DNA of 32,489 nt from Planctomycetota bacterium (GTDB lineage: Bacteria; Planctomycetota; GCA-002687715; CAIWVZ01): NCBI GenBank assembly GCA_044222185.1, contig JBGANV010000016.1:1-32489 (forward strand), given 5' to 3'. The notes beneath the pieces are model-generated. The model made no database searches. It was not told the origin of the DNA and saw only the letters and a program-made list of their open reading frames with translations. The position numbers and the translations under genes were made by a program. Positions 29,185 to 32,489 of this stretch are shown piece after piece (the first letter of the stretch is position 1; the number at the start of each line of letters is the position of its first letter).

Positions 29185-30393
29185 TCAGGGCTTCTTCGTC
29201 GGCATCTCGTCGAGCAACTTCTCGACGGCCTTCTCCATCTCCTCGCCTCGGAGATTCTTGAAGCGGATGACGCCCTTGTCGTCCAGGATGTAGATCGTCG
29301 GCCAACCCGACACGTTCCACGCCTTGGCGATCTCACCGCCACCGGGGCCGGCGAAGAAGGAGCGCCACGTGATCTTCTCCTTCTTCGTCACCTCGCGCAG
29401 TTTCTCGGCCGTCTCATCGGAGTTCACGCCAACCAGAGCGAACGGCTTGTCCTTCAGCTTCTCCACGAGCGACCGCTCGTGTGGGATCATGGCCCGGCAT
29501 GGGCCTCACCAGAATCCCCAGAAGTCGAGGACGACCACCTTGCCCCGGAAGTCGGAGAGCTTGAACTCCACTCCGTCGGCGTCCTTGCCGACGATGTCCG
29601 GCGCGGTCTTCCCGATCGCGAGGTTGCGGATCTCGAACAGCTCGCCCTTCGCCATGTCGGCGAGTGAGCCATCACCATACGGAGGCTTGACGTCGCCGCC
29701 GCCCTTCACGACCTCTTCGTAGAGGGCTTCGGCGCGAGCCTTCGCGTCGGCGACGTCGAGAGTCTTCAGCCACGCGACGGTGTCGGCGCCGAAGTACTCC
29801 TGGTATCGCTTGCTCGCCTTCGCATCGGCGTCGGGCTTCTGAAGCGTTTCGGCGGGGCCCGCCATTCCCATCAGGAGGGCCCCCTTCGTCCATTTCGCCA
29901 TGACGCGCACGGAGTCGTGCGGCGTCTCGGCGAGGACTTTCTCGACGACCTCGAGCGTGCCCTTCGTTCGGTCGTAGGTGAGGTCCATGCACCAGCGGCC
30001 GATCGTCGTCGACTTCAGGTGATGCGCGAGGAACGTCTCGCGCACCTTCTCCTTGTCCACCTTCTCGTTGCCCTGCTGCTGGATCCACAGGAGTGCGTCG
30101 GCGGCCGCTTCATCCTTGGGATTGGCGTCGACGAGCACCCACAGCTTCTTCACCTGCGGTGCGGGGGACGGATACTCGGCACCGATCTTCTCCCGTTCCT
30201 CGTCGGTCTTCGCTTCCTTGTACTTGGCGAAGAACGCGGTGCGGGCGTCCTCGAACTCCTTCTTGACGGCGTCGACCTGCTCCTTTCGGTCGCTGGTCGG
30301 CGCGCTTGCGGGCGCCTCCTTCTTGTCCTGCGCCCGGGCGACGGGCGCAGTCATCAGAAGGAGAGCGATCGCGGCACACGTGGCTTTGATCAC
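29185..30393 (-). CDS. Exported TlpA/thioredoxin-like oxidoreductase, predicted selenoprotein (UxxC) with N-terminal helical domain
   Basis: ORFs 29506..30411 and 29185..29490 share a frame, joined by TGA-GGC-CCA-TGC-CGG-GCC, giving VVVLDFWGFW-U-GPCRAMIPHE; also GKTAPDI, WPTIYILDDKGVIR. GTG start at 30393 with AAAGGAG RBS and signal peptide. Confidence 0.88.
29464..29508 (-). promoter_or_regulatory. Putative bacterial SECIS element following the in-frame UGA
   Basis: mRNA reads UGA GGCCCAUGCCGGGCC AUGAUCCCA CACGAGC-GGUC-GCUCGUG: 7-bp perfect stem with a G-initiated 4-nt loop starting 32 nt after the UGA. Confidence 0.7.
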
Positions 30394-30526
30394 GGCTGGG
30401 TCTCCTTTCACGGGACCCAGGTTCTACGAACGGGCGACGTGTTTGGCTCCGGCAGTCCACATTTCCACGTGAACCGAGCCGCTCCATCACCCGCCTCGAT
30501 TCGGCGCGGCGCCCGAAAAGCGCACC

Positions 30527-32349
30527 TCACTTCTGCCAGAGCAACCGGTGCAGCCACGGCTGCGGCGGTGGCGTCGTTCCCGTGTCTGCACGAGCGTCGA
30601 GCCCCTGCGCGAATACCAGGCGCTTTGCGGCGAGCGGATCCGGTTCCGTGACGTGGACGACCTCCGCGGTCGGGATCGTTTGAAGTGACATGACCAGATT
30701 TCTCGCGTCTGTGCTGTGGAACAGGTCGTTCGCCGGGAGGTGCGGCTGCGCGCCGGCTGCGAGTACGTGCCACATCTCATGCCCGAAGATGTGCCAATTC
30801 AGACCCGGTGTATATACCGGCGCCCCCGGCCCCATGATGACCGGGGCCATCCCCATGGCGCACCGGCCAAGGATCACCACGTTGGCTCGCGGATCGGGGG
30901 TGGGGGTCGGTTGGTAAGACTTGCCGAGCGCCGTTGGCGTCACCCAATCCACGTCCAAAATGAACACGTCGACGGCGCTCGGGTCCCATCCCGCGTAATT
31001 CAGGCAGAGCACCCACATGTCCCATGACGTGGCATCCGTCGGTTGAGCGGCGACCGGAAACAGGGACCAGCCGAGGCTCGCTGGCGGAGTACCGACGATG
31101 CTGAAGTCTTGCGTGATGTTGGCGCGGAATGGAAGCTCGCGTCGATTGGTGACGATCAGGAAGACGGTTGCCCCGACCGTCGGGACCGGAAAGACCTCTG
31201 CCAGGAACCCGCCCTGAGCCGCCGTCCTTCCGTTGATCGTCGCTGCAACATCGTTCACGAACGCGTCGATCGGGGTACCCGCCGTGAAATCGACGGAGAT
31301 GTCGACGTTCTCGATCTGGCCGACGAGCGTTCCCGAGCTCGCCACGGTGGTGATGGAAGTTGGGACGGCGATGAGGAACGCGTTCTTGACGGGGGCCAGG
31401 TTCATCGTGCTCGCCGCGGCAGCCCGAAATCCCACCTGCGCGAGGTCCTCGTTGACCCAGGTCACAGCCTGAGCATAAGGCCACGGCTGTCCCGGAAGAC
31501 CAAACATCCGCAGACTGACCGTCCGAATCGCGTTGTCGCCGGACTCGGACGGCGGCCGGAAGACAGGAAGTGACCGGGATGCGAAGACACTGCCACCGAT
31601 CCTGAGGGTCGCGACGACATAGTCCGCCGAGTATGCCTCGGTCGCGGTGACCGGCGGGTTGTCGAGGCGGACGAGTCGCGTGTGGATCCCGCCGACTCCG
31701 TCGTCGATGCCATTGGAGACGAGGCGTATGAAGTTCGTTCGAAATGCGCTGGCACCTCCCGAGATACCTGAGACCATCGGGTACTGCGCATCGCTTCGCT
31801 GGGTCGCCTGCAGCCCTGGGATCATCACGGCAATGTTCACCTGAACGTTGCTGCTGGGGGCCAAGCCAACCACTTCGACGCGGAAGTTGTCGGGGTCACC
31901 CGTAGGGGCTGCGTCAAAGACCAGCGGCGTCGGGAACGTGCCATCGGCGGCCGCGTTCGTCAGCCTGACAGTCACCATCTCGCTGACCTCGAGCGCGGCA
32001 GCCGCGCCGTACAGCGCTTTGGGAGCCGAGTTGTCTCCGAGGAAACGAAGCCCGACGACGGTCACTGACACGACATCGCGGCACATGAACCGGGCCGTCG
32101 CAGGGTTGCTGTAGACCGCACAGTGGATGAGGGTCTGACCGGGACTCCGTCCCTCGACCCAGTAGGTCAGCGTCCCAGCGCTCGTGAAAGGAATCTGTCC
32201 CCCGTTCGACAACTCTCCGGTCTTGTCGGCATTGGTGAAGATCTTCACGCCGTCGGCCGGGAACCAGCTGAAGCGCAGACGGGACTGACCCGAGGGCGGC
32301 GCGAACGGGAGGACGACTCGGAGTTCTTTCAGGTCGTGTTCGGCGAGGT
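30527..32349 (-). CDS. Large protein with C-terminal HExxH zinc metalloprotease domain; N-terminus missing or interrupted
   Basis: HIFGHEMWHVL...PH and downstream NLVM (Met-turn-like). The frame stays open upstream of 32248 (DNLAEHDLKELRVVLPF...) up to the putative IS junction. Confidence 0.68.
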
Positions 32350-32489
32350 TGTCGGTTCCGGAAAAAATGGCGGTGTAATTTCCGGAAAATATGGCGGTCG
32401 TCGTAGAGGCAAGCCTCGACGCTCGTGATGTTCGCCCTTCAAGGATCGCCGCAGTGGCGATCGCGAAGGGATCGGAGGATGCACGACGT
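32350..32489 (+). mobile_element. Putative IS21-family terminus (probably left end), truncated by the window edge
   Basis: Starts TGT; two 19-bp repeats TTCCGGAAAAWATGGCGGT at 32356-74 and 32380-98 (period 24, 1 mismatch); possible ORF start ATG 32479 (MHD...). Confidence 0.6.

Noticed and set aside
29185-29490. Separate 101-aa gene (and 29506..30411 as a separate 301-aa gene)
   Set aside because: The split cuts the thioredoxin active site; same frame and a single TGA at the catalytic Cys position favour one recoded CDS
32356-32398. CRISPR repeat pair
   Set aside because: Only two 19-bp copies separated by 5 bp; fits IS subterminal repeats better

Overview
High-GC bacterial DNA whose gene content (TIGR02999-type ECF sigma factor, Gln/Glu/Lys coiled-coil plus WGxLP gene pair, many signal-peptide beta-helix proteins) suggests Planctomycetota; this is inference. 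The window begins inside a perfect 15-bp tandem repeat and ends inside what looks like an IS21-family terminus, so it may be a whole contig. From left to right it holds: a coiled-coil gene pair; a TPR/CHAT-like protein lacking the catalytic dyad; a minor-pilin cluster (PilV/PilW/hypothetical/PilX-like) downstream of an atypical ECF sigma; rlmI-like, gcdH, lysA and DUF2293 genes; two tandem paralogous beta-helix secreted proteins; an isolated larE; an apparently signal-less lipoprotein; uvrD/pcrA; a Cys-rich secreted protein; a beta-helix/PKD protein; a carboxypeptidase-regulatory-like repeat protein; a VapBC module; a TlpA-like oxidoreductase; and an HExxH metalloprotease. The best-supported discovery is that the TlpA gene, split in two by the ORF track, is one exported selenoprotein (W-U-G-P-C active site, in-frame UGA, downstream SECIS-like hairpin). 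All family calls come from motif recognition by eye; no searches were run.
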